A stretch of 64,000 nt of DNA, taken from assembly GCA_049303675.1 (NCBI GenBank), contig JBAQNJ010000001.1, positions 536,711-600,710 on the forward strand. Reading direction: 5' to 3'. Every line of letters begins with the position of its first letter. Position 1 is the stretch's first letter. The position numbers and the translations under genes were made by a program. The stretch comes from Microgenomates group bacterium (lineage in GTDB: Bacteria > Patescibacteriota > Microgenomatia > UBA12405). Positions 18,613 to 28,026 of this stretch are shown here, one piece after another. The notes beneath the pieces are model-generated. The model saw only the letters and a program-made list of their open reading frames with translations. It ran no database searches and had not been told where the DNA came from.

Positions 18613-19134
18613 ATGTTCAAACATATCACTATCGGCCCCAAAAGCCCTAAAATAGTCAATACCATTATCGAGATCACCAGTGAGACACGTAACAAATACG
18701 AATACGACGAAGAGTTAGGTATTATCAAGTTAGACAGAGTTCTCCATTCACCAGTTCACTATCCATTTGATTACGGATTCATCCCTGAAACTCTGTGTGA
18801 TGATGGCGATCATCTCGACGTCATGGTGATCACCAATGCCCCTACCTTCCCTGGCTGTCTAGTTGAGGTCAGGCCAATTGGTGCATTAATGATGGAAGAT
18901 GAACATGGCGGCGACGAAAAAGTCATCGCTGTACCTCTTCATAATCCTCAGTTTACTCATATCAAAAAACTAAAAGATTTATCACCCCATTTATTAGACG
19001 AAATTGAGCATTTTTGGCTTACCTACAAATTTTTGGAAAGAAAAAGTAAACCAGTCAAGCTCAGTGGTTGGATCAATCGCCTCGACACCTATCAGCTCAT
19101 CAAAGCGTCTCAGAAAAAACAGCAAAGCCAGTAA
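18613..19134 (+). CDS. ppa: inorganic pyrophosphatase (family I)
   Basis: 173 aa. EITSETRNKYEYD...DGDHLDVMVI pyrophosphatase motifs. Confidence 0.9.
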   Translation: MFKHITIGPKSPKIVNTIIEITSETRNKYEYDEELGIIKLDRVLHSPVHYPFDYGFIPETLCDDGDHLDVMVITNAPTFPGCLVEVRPIGALMMEDEHGGDEKVIAVPLHNPQFTHIKKLKDLSPHLLDEIEHFWLTYKFLERKSKPVKLSGWINRLDTYQLIKASQKKQQSQ

Positions 19135-19149
19135 TTAGTTTGCGCATCT

Positions 19150-19169
19150 AAATTGATATCAATTTAGCT
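19150..19169. promoter_or_regulatory. perfect 20-bp palindrome CTAAATTGATATCAATTTAG
   Basis: The sequence is self-complementary and lies about 90 nt upstream of the secreted-protein gene at 19261. Possible operator. Confidence 0.3.
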
Positions 19170-19260
19170 TCATACATTGCTATATTTTAGTACAGTCTGT
19201 TCTTAATAAATCCTTAATGTTGTCTTGATAATATCACTTGATTATAAATTAAATCAAAAT

Positions 19261-19746
19261 ATGAAAATTAAATTTCAAACCGTATTCAGTTCGCTTATTA
19301 TCATGGCTCTAATGTTTGTTAGCAGCACAGTTAGTGCCAAGGCGGCAATACTACCACTTAGACTCTCCGCCACTGCGCCCAAGTCAATCACTCAGGGACA
19401 AGTATTTAATCAGTCATTTGCCCTGATTAATCCAAACTCTTTTTTGAGACCTGCCATTCTTCCATTTAAAAGAACTGTGTTTTTTCCCAGTGATGTGATT
19501 TCAAATGTCCAAATAGTAAGTGTTACCAACGGTACTTTTTATAAACCTGTAATTACTGCCGAAGGAGTAACCTATTCTTGGGTTAACTCTGGATATGGGC
19601 TGAGAATGGGTACTGCATCTATCGTCAAATTGGCACTCACTGCCAATTCTACCAATAGTGGCGATCGCTTAAAAATGATGTCAATTGCCGATGTACTTGG
19701 CTATAGCTCACCCGCTGAATATTTTACCAGCTTGCTAAGTTTGTAA
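19261..19746 (+). CDS. secreted hypothetical protein with signal peptide
   Basis: ATG at 19261 within ORF 19225..19746. N-terminal hydrophobic segment ending AKAA. No known domain. Confidence 0.5.
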   Translation: MKIKFQTVFSSLIIMALMFVSSTVSAKAAILPLRLSATAPKSITQGQVFNQSFALINPNSFLRPAILPFKRTVFFPSDVISNVQIVSVTNGTFYKPVITAEGVTYSWVNSGYGLRMGTASIVKLALTANSTNSGDRLKMMSIADVLGYSSPAEYFTSLLSL

Positions 19747-19765
19747 ACTAGATATAAAAACCAAT

Positions 19766-19806
19766 ACCCTCCGCCATAACAATGGACAGGAGGGTATTTT
19801 TTTGTG
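19766..19806 (+). terminator. rho-independent terminator
   Basis: Hairpin ATACCCTCC...GGAGGGTAT followed by TTTTTTT. Confidence 0.65.
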
Positions 19807-19873
19807 ACCAAAATCCCAGAACATTCTCTAATTGTCGGGCTTGCCTCGACGAAGTTCGAGCGAAGTGAGAACG

Positions 19874-19898
19874 AAGTCGGGAATACTGGATTCGAACC
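19874..19898. repeat. 25-bp direct repeat duplicating the tRNA-Pro 3' end (attR-like)
   Basis: aagtcgggaatactggattcgaacc is identical to 20178-20202. It covers the T-loop and acceptor 3' strand but there is no 5' tRNA half here. Confidence 0.8.
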
Positions 19899-20177
19899 TC
19901 AGCCACAGGCTGATCCGCCTTTGGCGGAAGCAACTTCTTTCAGTATTATATCTCTAATTTTTCTACCAAAACCACTTTTGTAAAAGATCTCTCTATTGGT
20001 AGCATCATCCTTACAAATATATTTTTCAAAATATACTAATTCAAAAGGTATATTCTCTGCAGTAAATTTATTCATACCTCTATTATGTTTATTTAGCCTT
20101 ATCTCTGGCAGTTGTGATGTTTTACCAGTATATATTTTTCCATTTCGCAAACTTCTCAAGAAGTATACAAAATACAT
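19899..20177 (-). CDS. GIY-YIG nuclease family protein
   Basis: 92 aa from the ATG at 20177, immediately 3' of tRNA-Pro. MYFVYFLRSLRNGKIYTGKT...R...HNRG matches the GIY-YIG motif layout. The TGA stop lies inside the duplicated tRNA fragment. Confidence 0.75.
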   Translation of the reverse strand: MYFVYFLRSLRNGKIYTGKTSQLPEIRLNKHNRGMNKFTAENIPFELVYFEKYICKDDATNREIFYKSGFGRKIRDIILKEVASAKGGSACG

Positions 20178-20180
20178 AAG

Positions 20181-20254
20181 TCGGGAATACTGGATTCGAA
20201 CCAGCAACCTCGCGCACCCCATGCGCGCGCGCTAGCCAATTGCGCCAATCCCCG
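20181..20254 (-). tRNA. tRNA-Pro (anticodon GGG)
   Basis: Hand-folded cloverleaf: acceptor CGGGGAT/ATTCCCG, D-stem GCGC/GCGC, anticodon stem CGCGC/GCGCG with loop AUGGGGU, T-arm GCTGG-TTCGAAT-CCAGT, discriminator A. CCA is not encoded. Confidence 0.85.
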
Positions 20255-20371
20255 TGGTTGTAGACACTATTATACTATCTATATTATCTTTTGCCTAACT
20301 TTAAGTATATTCGGGTTATCTTCGGTTTTGCCTCTTGACTTGATATAGTTACAATTGCTATTACTTATATA

Positions 20372-20423
20372 TTAATTCAAATTCAATTCGTAATTAGTAA
20401 TTCGTAATTTGTAATTAATTAAT
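20372..20423 (+). repeat. degenerate heptamer array (aattcgt/aattagt/aattcgt/aatttgt/aattaat) directly upstream of recA
   Basis: It is near-identical (31/33) to the array at 29108-29142 upstream of miaA. The same heptamer is tandemly repeated inside cca at 37919-37950. Confidence 0.6.
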
Positions 20424-21518
20424 ATGGCCAAGAAATCAAAGTCTACCAAAACTCCAATTACTGTTAACACCAAAATCAATGACTCACTTCATGGCAAAAA
20501 GCTAGAAGCTGTTCGTCTGGCAATGGATCAGATCACCAAATCATATGGTGAAGGTGCCATCATGAAAATGGGCGACAAGCAGGCCGACATGAAAGTCGAG
20601 TCGATCCCCACTGGTTGTCTTCCACTTGATATTGCTCTAGGTATTGGTGGTCTACCACGTGGTCGCATTACCGAAATTTTTGGACCCGAGGCCTCCGGCA
20701 AAACCACTATTTGTCTTCATGTTATCAAAGAAGCCCAGCGACTCGGTGGCACCGCCGCCTTTATCGACGCCGAGCACGCTCTCGACCCACTCCGAGCCCG
20801 AACTATTGGTGTAGATCTAGACAGTCTGCTGATTTCCCAACCCGACAACGGCGAGCAAGCTCTGGAAATAGTTGATACCCTCGTTCGTAGTAATGCTGTT
20901 GATGTCATCGTTATCGATTCTGTCGCCGCCCTCGTCCCCAAAGCCGAAATTGAAGGTGAGATGGGGGACTCTATGATGGGTCTACAAGCCCGTCTGATGT
21001 CTCAGGCGTTGCGCAAACTAACTGGTGCTATCAGTAAATCCAAAGCAGTTGTCATCTTCACCAACCAAATGCGCCAAAAGATTGGCGTCATGTTTGGTAA
21101 TCCTGAAACCACTACTGGTGGCTTAGCCCTCAAGTTTTATTCATCAGTTAGAATTGATGTTCGCAAAATCGCCAACATCAAAACACCCAGTGGTGAGGCA
21201 GTTGGTTCTCAACACCGTGCCAGAATTGTCAAAAACAAAGTCTCTCCTCCATTCAAAGAAGCCGAGTTTGATGTCATGAATACCGAGGGCATCTCTGTCT
21301 ACGGTAGTTTAGTTGATTTAGCCGTCACCCATGGCCTAATCACCAAATCAGGCGCCTTCTTCAAAGTCGATGGCCAAAACATTCAAGGCCGCGAAGGTAC
21401 CAAAAAGTATCTCAAGGAAAACCCTGTCGTAGCCGAGGGCATAACTACCAAAATTTGGGAACTAATCAAAAATCCCTTAGTCAAAAATGCAGATTCTTCA
21501 GATCAGCCCGAGTCGTAA
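20424..21518 (+). CDS. recA: recombinase RecA
   Basis: 364 aa. The sequence carries GPEASGKTT Walker A and RecA L1/L2 loop regions. Confidence 0.97.
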   Translation: MAKKSKSTKTPITVNTKINDSLHGKKLEAVRLAMDQITKSYGEGAIMKMGDKQADMKVESIPTGCLPLDIALGIGGLPRGRITEIFGPEASGKTTICLHVIKEAQRLGGTAAFIDAEHALDPLRARTIGVDLDSLLISQPDNGEQALEIVDTLVRSNAVDVIVIDSVAALVPKAEIEGEMGDSMMGLQARLMSQALRKLTGAISKSKAVVIFTNQMRQKIGVMFGNPETTTGGLALKFYSSVRIDVRKIANIKTPSGEAVGSQHRARIVKNKVSPPFKEAEFDVMNTEGISVYGSLVDLAVTHGLITKSGAFFKVDGQNIQGREGTKKYLKENPVVAEGITTKIWELIKNPLVKNADSSDQPES

Positions 21519-22116
21519 ACCTCAGCAGGTTTGGCTAAAATTTAGTGATGATAGTTTGTTACCTCTGAGGGTCGACGATGTCGTCTCCCTTAAACTCAAA
21601 AAATTTATTGATATTACCCCTGAGTTTTACCACACAATTCTTCTCGCTTCTGGAAATTATTTATTAATAGAGTACTGCCTGCGCCAATTAGCCATATCAC
21701 CCAAAACACAGAAAATACTCGTCCAAAAACTAAAAATATATGTTCAAAGACTAGTTTATAAATATAAGTTTAAACAAGATTTATTAAATCAACTTATAGA
21801 CCCCACAATTAACAAGATAATTTCACTAGAACTACTTAATGACCAAAACTATATTGCATACATTCAAAGAAAGTTTTCCAAAAAGTCTCAATATGAAATC
21901 CAAATCATATTATCCCAGCAGGGTATTCACACCACCTTACCAATCGACCCAAGACAAGAAATAAATAAGATAAAAAATCTGATAATAAAAAAATACTCAA
22001 AGACAAACTTGTCCGATTACAACGAGAAAAACAAACTTATTAATAGTTTGTACCGTAGAGGTTTTGCCGGAGATTACATAAAAATAGCAATTGACGAAAC
22101 CCAAAAAGTTGGATAG
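21487..22116 (+). CDS. recX: regulatory protein RecX (probable)
   Basis: Follows recA. Helical-repeat protein with a C-terminal [15 protein letters not shown] motif typical of RecX. The true start is probably downstream of 21487. Confidence 0.65.
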   Translation: MQILQISPSRKPQQVWLKFSDDSLLPLRVDDVVSLKLKKFIDITPEFYHTILLASGNYLLIEYCLRQLAISPKTQKILVQKLKIYVQRLVYKYKFKQDLLNQLIDPTINKIISLELLNDQNYIAYIQRKFSKKSQYEIQIILSQQGIHTTLPIDPRQEINKIKNLIIKKYSKTNLSDYNEKNKLINSLYRRGFAGDYIKIAIDETQKVG

Positions 22117-22254
22117 AATAAGAGGCTTACAAGCATTTAATTTATATATTTCTACTTTTATCAACTTGATCACTACGAATAAAAATCAATTTCTTAGGCA
22201 AACGGATATATCATAGCGGATTTTTGTGATCAAAATAAAAGTACAGGAGGTTTT

Positions 22255-23844
22255 ATGTTTAATTCGTTTTTATCCAAATTTAAGGATATTTTCTCGTCAG
22301 CAGGTTCGGTTACCAGTCCTCCTCCGGTTATCACCCCAACTGTCAATGATAGTACTGATGATAACAATCGGGTAGTCTTTTCCCCCAAAAAGTCCACCAA
22401 AGCAGACAAAAAGTCCACCAAAGCTGTTGCTCCAGCCCCCACAGTTATTACTCAAAATGTCATTCCTAACCCCCAGACAGACATTGCTCTTCAAAATGCC
22501 AAGAAATTAGAGGCTCAGGCCCAAGCCAAGGAGCAAGAGGTTTTTACTCGCCTTCGCTCGTTAGACGAAAAAGAACAGTATCTTATTCAAAAGGAGAAAA
22601 ATCTTGATAACCAAACTGCTCAAGTCAAAACGAAAACAGACCAACTAGATGATATTTATCGTAAGCAATTAGAAAAACTCGAGACAATTTCTGGGCTGGA
22701 TGTCGCCAAAGCCAAGCAGCTCATCATGAGCAGCACTGAGAAAAAAATGGCCGACTGGATTGCCAAGAAGATAGAGGAAACCAAAGAGGATCTCCACCAA
22801 CGTGAAGAAGAACTCTCCAAAGAAATACTATCCGAAGCCATCCAACATGGAATTACTGATACTGTCGCCGAATATACAGTCTCCACCATCTCCTTGCCCG
22901 ATGAAAAAATCAAAGGCAAAATTATAGGTCGCGAGGGTCGCAACATTCGCGCTTTTGAAAAAGCTACTGGAGTTGAACTCGAATTAGACGAAACCAATGA
23001 TATCCGCATCTCCAGTTTTGACAGTACTCGTCGTGAAATTGCCAAACAAAGTTTGGAAAAATTAATTCGCGATGGTCGTATTCAGCCAGTCAAGATTGAG
23101 CAAATCGTTGCTCAGACAAAAATGGAAATGGACAAGATACTCCTCAATGAAGGTAAGAGAATTTGTCAAGAAGTCGGTGTTTTCAACCTCCCTGTCGAGA
23201 TAATTAAAACTATTGGTAAATACAAATTCCGTTTTTCCTATGGCCAAAATTTAGCCAAACACACTGTCGAGGCTACCAAAATTGCCGTCAATATCGCTCA
23301 AGAGTTGCACGCCGACGTCAACACCGTTCGTCTTGGTACCTTACTCCATGATATTGGCAAGGTTATCACCGATCTCGAAGGTACCCATGTTGAGTTGGGG
23401 GTTGATCTCCTCCGCCAACACCACTTACCCGAGGCAGTTATCGCTGCGGTAGCTGAACATCACGAAGAAAAAGCCTTTAGTTCAGTTGAGTCAGCTATTG
23501 TTTATGTCGGAGATGCTGCGTCAGGAGCCCGCCCTGGAGCCCGTTATGAAGTCCACGAAGAGTATCTCAAACGCATGAAAAACATCGAGGAAGTCGCTCG
23601 TAGCTTTCCTGGCGTTATTAGTGTCGCCGCCTATCAGGCCGGTCGTGAAGTTATGGTCATTGTCGAGCCGAGTCAAGTATCCGACTCTGAGGCCACTGTC
23701 CTATCACAAAATATTGCCGATAAACTCGACGAAGAAGCCAAGTGGGCCGGTCAAATAAAGGTCACCTGTATTCGCGAAACCCGCACCAGTTCCGTCATTG
23801 TTGGTAGCAAAATCAATAAAAGTGCGGTGAATAGCGTTTCGTAA
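22255..23844 (+). CDS. rny: ribonuclease Y
   Basis: 529 aa. KH domain (KIIGREGRNIRAFEKATGV) and HD domain (LLHDIGKV, HH). Consensus AGGAGG SD. The N-terminus is low-complexity with no TM helix. Confidence 0.88.
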   Translation: MFNSFLSKFKDIFSSAGSVTSPPPVITPTVNDSTDDNNRVVFSPKKSTKADKKSTKAVAPAPTVITQNVIPNPQTDIALQNAKKLEAQAQAKEQEVFTRLRSLDEKEQYLIQKEKNLDNQTAQVKTKTDQLDDIYRKQLEKLETISGLDVAKAKQLIMSSTEKKMADWIAKKIEETKEDLHQREEELSKEILSEAIQHGITDTVAEYTVSTISLPDEKIKGKIIGREGRNIRAFEKATGVELELDETNDIRISSFDSTRREIAKQSLEKLIRDGRIQPVKIEQIVAQTKMEMDKILLNEGKRICQEVGVFNLPVEIIKTIGKYKFRFSYGQNLAKHTVEATKIAVNIAQELHADVNTVRLGTLLHDIGKVITDLEGTHVELGVDLLRQHHLPEAVIAAVAEHHEEKAFSSVESAIVYVGDAASGARPGARYEVHEEYLKRMKNIEEVARSFPGVISVAAYQAGREVMVIVEPSQVSDSEATVLSQNIADKLDEEAKWAGQIKVTCIRETRTSSVIVGSKINKSAVNSVS

Positions 23845-23902
23845 GACTTGCTTTTGCCCAATATTGGGCTAGAATGATAGTTGAATTATAAATTAATAAA
23901 TT

Positions 23903-24175
23903 ATGACCAAAAAAGATCTAATCGAAGTCGTCTCCACCAAGGCCAAACTTTCCAAGAAAGCCGCCAAGGTAGCAGTTGAAACATTTTTAAATGAAATCAT
24001 GAAAGCCCTCGGCAATGGTGATGTTGTCAAACTCTCTGGTTTTGGTACTTTCAAAACCAAAATGTTCAAGGCCAAGACCATCAAAGCTATCGGTAGCAAA
24101 GAATCCAAGAAGATCGTTGCTCGCCGCATGCCTCGTTATATCCCCGGCACCAAGATCAAGAAAATGGTCAAATAA
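23903..24175 (+). CDS. hup: DNA-binding protein HU
   Basis: 90 aa. MTKKDLIEVV...GFGTFK and RMPRYIPGTK match the HU/IHF family. Confidence 0.9.
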   Translation: MTKKDLIEVVSTKAKLSKKAAKVAVETFLNEIMKALGNGDVVKLSGFGTFKTKMFKAKTIKAIGSKESKKIVARRMPRYIPGTKIKKMVK

Positions 24176-24183
24176 ATACACTT

Positions 24184-24224
24184 TGTATTTACAAAATCCC
24201 CTACGAAAGTGGGGGATTTTTTTA
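24184..24224. terminator. bidirectional rho-independent terminator
   Basis: AAAATCCCCTACGAAAGTGGGGGATTTTTTT sits between convergent hup and the minus-strand ORF. Confidence 0.65.
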
Positions 24225-24452
24225 ATCCTCCGTAATTGTCCCCACAGCCTGACCAGTCACCCTTACATTTTCACCCTCCAACAAATTTCTTACCATCAGT
24301 ATCTTTTTAGAATCATCACCATTAAAACTAAAAGATCTCACTTGTTTTTTCCCAAACCTAATCTGAATCGCTGCAAACTTGTTTGGTTTACCATCGACCT
24401 CATCGATAGCCGCTGTTTTTAAATTTAGCTCTATTTTGTCAATAAAATTCAT
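24222..24452 (-). CDS. hypothetical small protein
   Basis: 76-aa ORF convergent with hup. The sequence looks coding but has no recognisable family. Confidence 0.4.
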   Translation of the reverse strand: MNFIDKIELNLKTAAIDEVDGKPNKFAAIQIRFGKKQVRSFSFNGDDSKKILMVRNLLEGENVRVTGQAVGTITED

Positions 24453-24506
24453 ATCCTATATTATATTATACTAAAAACATTTTGTCAATTTAGTTTAAAA
24501 TATACC

Positions 24507-25481
24507 ATGTCAATTATTTCCGTCCAAAATTTAAGCCGCTCCTTTCAAGTCTTCGACAAGCAGGCCGGACTCATGGCTTCGATCAAATCAATTTTTTACC
24601 GTCCCGAGCGTACTGTTCATGCAGTAGAAAACGTTAGTTTTGATATCGATCAGGGGGAGCTGGTTGGTTTTATTGGTCCCAATGGTGCTGGCAAGACGAC
24701 TACCCTAAAATGCCTCTCTGGGTTATTATACCCATCCTCAGGTAAAATCGATGTACTTGGCTATCATCCATCTGATCGTAAATACGAGTATCTAAATCAA
24801 ATTGGTTTTGTTATGGGCCAGAAAAATCAACTTTGGTGGGATATTCCTCCTCAGGAAACTTTTCTCCTCAACAAAGCCATTTATGGTATTTCCGACAAAG
24901 ATTATCAAAAACGACTGAGTTTTTTTAAAGAGACGCTAGATATTGGCGAGATTATTTCCGTCCAAACAAAAAAGTTATCTTTGGGCCAGCGGATGAAATG
25001 CGAGTTTGTCGCTGCACTCCTCCACAACCCCAAAGTCCTGTTTTTAGATGAACCCTCTATTGGACTTGACGTTATCGCCTCCCAAAAAATTCGTCAGTTT
25101 ATCAAAAGTGTCAATTCTGAATTCAAGACGACTATTATTTTGACTAGCCACAATATGAATGATGTCGAAGAACTCTGTCAAAGAGTTATTTTAATCGACC
25201 ACGGTCAAATAAAATTTGACGGTCAACTGACTGATTTAACCAAAAAATTTACCGAGCTCAAAATTCTTAAATTTACTTTTGAAAACAAAATTTCCAAAAA
25301 CAAGATTTCTCACTTTGGCGAAATAGTAAATAGTGATGGCTACAGTTATACCATCAAAGTAGCCAAGGATAAGTATCTTGCCGTGGCCAGTAACATTCTC
25401 TCCACCCTACCTGTCACTGATTTAAATATTGAAGACACCCCCATCGAAGATGTCATTCGCCAAGTATATACTGATCGCTAA
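24507..25481 (+). CDS. ABC transporter ATP-binding protein (ABC-2 type)
   Basis: 324 aa. The sequence carries GPNGAGKTT Walker A, LSLGQRMK ABC signature and LFLDEPSIGLD Walker B. Confidence 0.9.
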   Translation: MSIISVQNLSRSFQVFDKQAGLMASIKSIFYRPERTVHAVENVSFDIDQGELVGFIGPNGAGKTTTLKCLSGLLYPSSGKIDVLGYHPSDRKYEYLNQIGFVMGQKNQLWWDIPPQETFLLNKAIYGISDKDYQKRLSFFKETLDIGEIISVQTKKLSLGQRMKCEFVAALLHNPKVLFLDEPSIGLDVIASQKIRQFIKSVNSEFKTTIILTSHNMNDVEELCQRVILIDHGQIKFDGQLTDLTKKFTELKILKFTFENKISKNKISHFGEIVNSDGYSYTIKVAKDKYLAVASNILSTLPVTDLNIEDTPIEDVIRQVYTDR

Positions 25482-26250
25482 AAATACTTTACAAGAGTAT
25501 TTTGTCTATCGAGTCAATTTCTTCTTTTGGCGCCTTCAGGTCTTTATTACTTTTGTCATGTTTTTTAGTCTCTGGTCAGCTATCTCTATTGGTAAAAATA
25601 ATTTGGGCATCTACTCGATTCCCCAAATATATAGTTACTTTGTCATTGGCTATGTTATTCGGGCAATTGTTTTTGCCACCCGCACCCAAGACATTGGAGC
25701 CGAAATTCAAAACGGCAATATTTCTCTCCTCCTTATTAAGCCAATTAGCACCCTAAATTATTATTTTGCCCGCGATTTGGTTGACAAATTATTCAATCTT
25801 TTTTTCATGTTTTGGGAGTTCTTATTAATTTTATTTTTATTTAAGCCAGCACTTACCCATCCTACCTTTGCCAATTTCCTTTTGTTTTTGGCATCCTTGT
25901 TGATTTCCATATTATTATTTTTTTTCTATAGTTTAGTCATTTCTTTTATTACCTTTTGGTCCGACAGTGCTTGGTCATCCCGTTTTTTATTTGGGGTTGT
26001 ATTTGTCACCCTCTTTAGTGGCCAATATATCCCTCTAGATTTTTTACCCTCAGTATTTTCCAGATTCCTAGATTACACCCCCTTTCCTTACATGTACTAT
26101 TATCCAGTCAAAATCTGGTTGGGCCAAATTCCTAGCTCCCAAATATATTGGCATTTATTCAATGGTTTGCTAATTTCTATTTTTTTCTATTTTCTCTCCC
26201 AATTCTTATGGTTAAAGGGTAAACAAAAATATCAAAGTTATGGCAACTAA
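25450..26250 (+). CDS. ABC-2 family transporter permease
   Basis: ATG at 25450 within ORF 25429..26250. Six predicted TM helices, follows the ATPase. Confidence 0.7.
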   Translation: MSFAKYILIAKNTLQEYFVYRVNFFFWRLQVFITFVMFFSLWSAISIGKNNLGIYSIPQIYSYFVIGYVIRAIVFATRTQDIGAEIQNGNISLLLIKPISTLNYYFARDLVDKLFNLFFMFWEFLLILFLFKPALTHPTFANFLLFLASLLISILLFFFYSLVISFITFWSDSAWSSRFLFGVVFVTLFSGQYIPLDFLPSVFSRFLDYTPFPYMYYYPVKIWLGQIPSSQIYWHLFNGLLISIFFYFLSQFLWLKGKQKYQSYGN

Positions 26251-27031
26251 CAAACTCCTCAAGGTTTGGTCAATTATGGCCAAAAACAACTTACAAAATC
26301 AATTACTCACTCCTAGTTCTTCAGTATTATTTATTCTAGGCAAGCTCTTCAATTTCATTTTTTCGGTAATCATAATTTTCTCCATCTTCAACCAAGTTTC
26401 CACTATCAAAAACTTTACCTTACCTCAGGCTATTATCATTACCCTAGTTTTTAGCCTTATTGACTCCATCACCAATTTTTTATTTCGGGCCCTCTACACT
26501 TTCCGCCCCATATTACTCAAAGGTGATTTTGATCTAGATTTACTCAAACCATTGCCCTCTTTTTTCCGCCCCATTTTTTCTGGGCCAGATTTTTTAGATG
26601 TGCCTATGATTATTATTCAAGTTATTGCCCTTATCTTTTTTCTCTTTCACTATTCACTGGTACCCTCTGTTTTTACTCTTATCTTTTTTCTTTTGATTTT
26701 ACTAAACGGTATTATTCTAGCTTTCGCCATTCATCTTTCTATTGCCGCTTTTTCTATCATTACCACTGAAATAGATAGCTTGGTCATGATCTACCGTTCA
26801 CTCGGCCGAGCCGCCATTGTCCCCACCGATATCTATGGTAACTTTTTTAGATTTATCTTAGACTATCTCATTCCTATTACCGTTATTTTTACTCTCCCCG
26901 CCAAAGCATTACTTAGTATTCTTACGCCAGTCGGTATTATCTATTCCTTTGTTTTCACTTTTATCTTTTTATTTTTGTCATTATATTTTTGGAATTATTC
27001 CCTCAGCCGCTACACCAGCGCTAGCAGTTAA
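26240..27031 (+). CDS. ABC-2 family transporter permease (second)
   Basis: 263 aa polytopic membrane protein, overlapped start. Confidence 0.7.
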   Translation: MATNKLLKVWSIMAKNNLQNQLLTPSSSVLFILGKLFNFIFSVIIIFSIFNQVSTIKNFTLPQAIIITLVFSLIDSITNFLFRALYTFRPILLKGDFDLDLLKPLPSFFRPIFSGPDFLDVPMIIIQVIALIFFLFHYSLVPSVFTLIFFLLILLNGIILAFAIHLSIAAFSIITTEIDSLVMIYRSLGRAAIVPTDIYGNFFRFILDYLIPITVIFTLPAKALLSILTPVGIIYSFVFTFIFLFLSLYFWNYSLSRYTSASS

Positions 27032-27039
27032 AATACCCC

Positions 27040-28023
27040 ATGAATCTCGATTCTTATAGACTCCGAGCAATTAGCCAAATTGAGGCCAGACCATATCCTC
27101 CAGATTTCGCCAACAGTATCTTGGCAGAGTCAAGAGTTTTACTATTGCCCTTAGTCAATATCGTTGAATCAGAGAGCCCAGGTCATATGGCCGGCCATAA
27201 TAAAATTAAGGAAATGGATGTCTTGACTAGTGGAATCAACACTATCGGCGACCGACTAAATATTCATGGTCACGATCTGCAAATACTCAAGATAATATTA
27301 GGCACTCACGATACTGGTCGAATCTCTGAATATATCCAAAGGCGAGACACTCTCGCCAGTGGTCAGCGCCACGGTATTTTATCAGCCCAATTTTTGGAAG
27401 AAAATCATTTACTCGATTTACTCACACCCGAGGATCAATACTGCGTTCTATTCGCGGCTACCTATCATTCCGAAAAAGAAGTCCCCAGTCCCAGCCCCGA
27501 CGATCCCGAGTTTGTCAAAAAAGCCTACAACTATTGTTATATTCTTCGTGATCTCGACAAACTCCACTTATTTTTTGAGTTTGACAAATATCATCGTGCT
27601 GAAGGTGTTCTAGGCCAACTCACTTCACTCCATCTCTTGCCACAAAACGCACTCTCAGAAAAACCAGCTATCCTCGACTTTCTCAAAAAAATCTTAAGTA
27701 GCGAGCAAACCGCTAATCTCGATTTAGATCAACTTAATAATTTTATGACTGGACCAGTTAATCCAAACATTATTGCCGCCATCCGACAACACCAATCAGC
27801 CAATCTTGCCGATATAAAAACTTCTTGGTCTTCATATTTAGCTATGCGCCTAGCCATGCTTTTTGATGTTCAGCATCCCACTTTTATTAATGAAGCCATC
27901 AAACGTCGATCTGAGTTTATTGACCCCTCATTGGAATATATTAGTCGCTTCGATACTGCTTCTGCCAATCAAATAAAAGACCATTTACATCAAGTTTTTG
28001 GAACTGAATTTCTGTTAAAATAG
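27040..28023 (+). CDS. HD-domain protein (putative phosphohydrolase)
   Basis: 327 aa. The H..H, HGHD, THDTGR and RHG motifs suggest the HD superfamily. Confidence 0.5.
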   Translation: MNLDSYRLRAISQIEARPYPPDFANSILAESRVLLLPLVNIVESESPGHMAGHNKIKEMDVLTSGINTIGDRLNIHGHDLQILKIILGTHDTGRISEYIQRRDTLASGQRHGILSAQFLEENHLLDLLTPEDQYCVLFAATYHSEKEVPSPSPDDPEFVKKAYNYCYILRDLDKLHLFFEFDKYHRAEGVLGQLTSLHLLPQNALSEKPAILDFLKKILSSEQTANLDLDQLNNFMTGPVNPNIIAAIRQHQSANLADIKTSWSSYLAMRLAMLFDVQHPTFINEAIKRRSEFIDPSLEYISRFDTASANQIKDHLHQVFGTEFLLK

Positions 28024-28026
28024 GCC

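Noticed and set aside
19748-20235. ORFs 19748..19933(-), 19996..20235(+) and the 107-aa version of the GIY-YIG ORF (to 20222)
   Set aside because: They overlap tRNA-Pro or are antisense to the GIY-YIG gene. The GIY-YIG CDS was trimmed to the ATG at 20177 just after the tRNA. The others are artefacts.
25502-25756. 84-aa ORF inside the ABC-2 permease gene and similar nested ORFs in transporters (for example 27359..27613, 55693..56316, 57996..58421)
   Set aside because: These are alternative-frame ORFs inside confidently assigned genes with no supporting signals.
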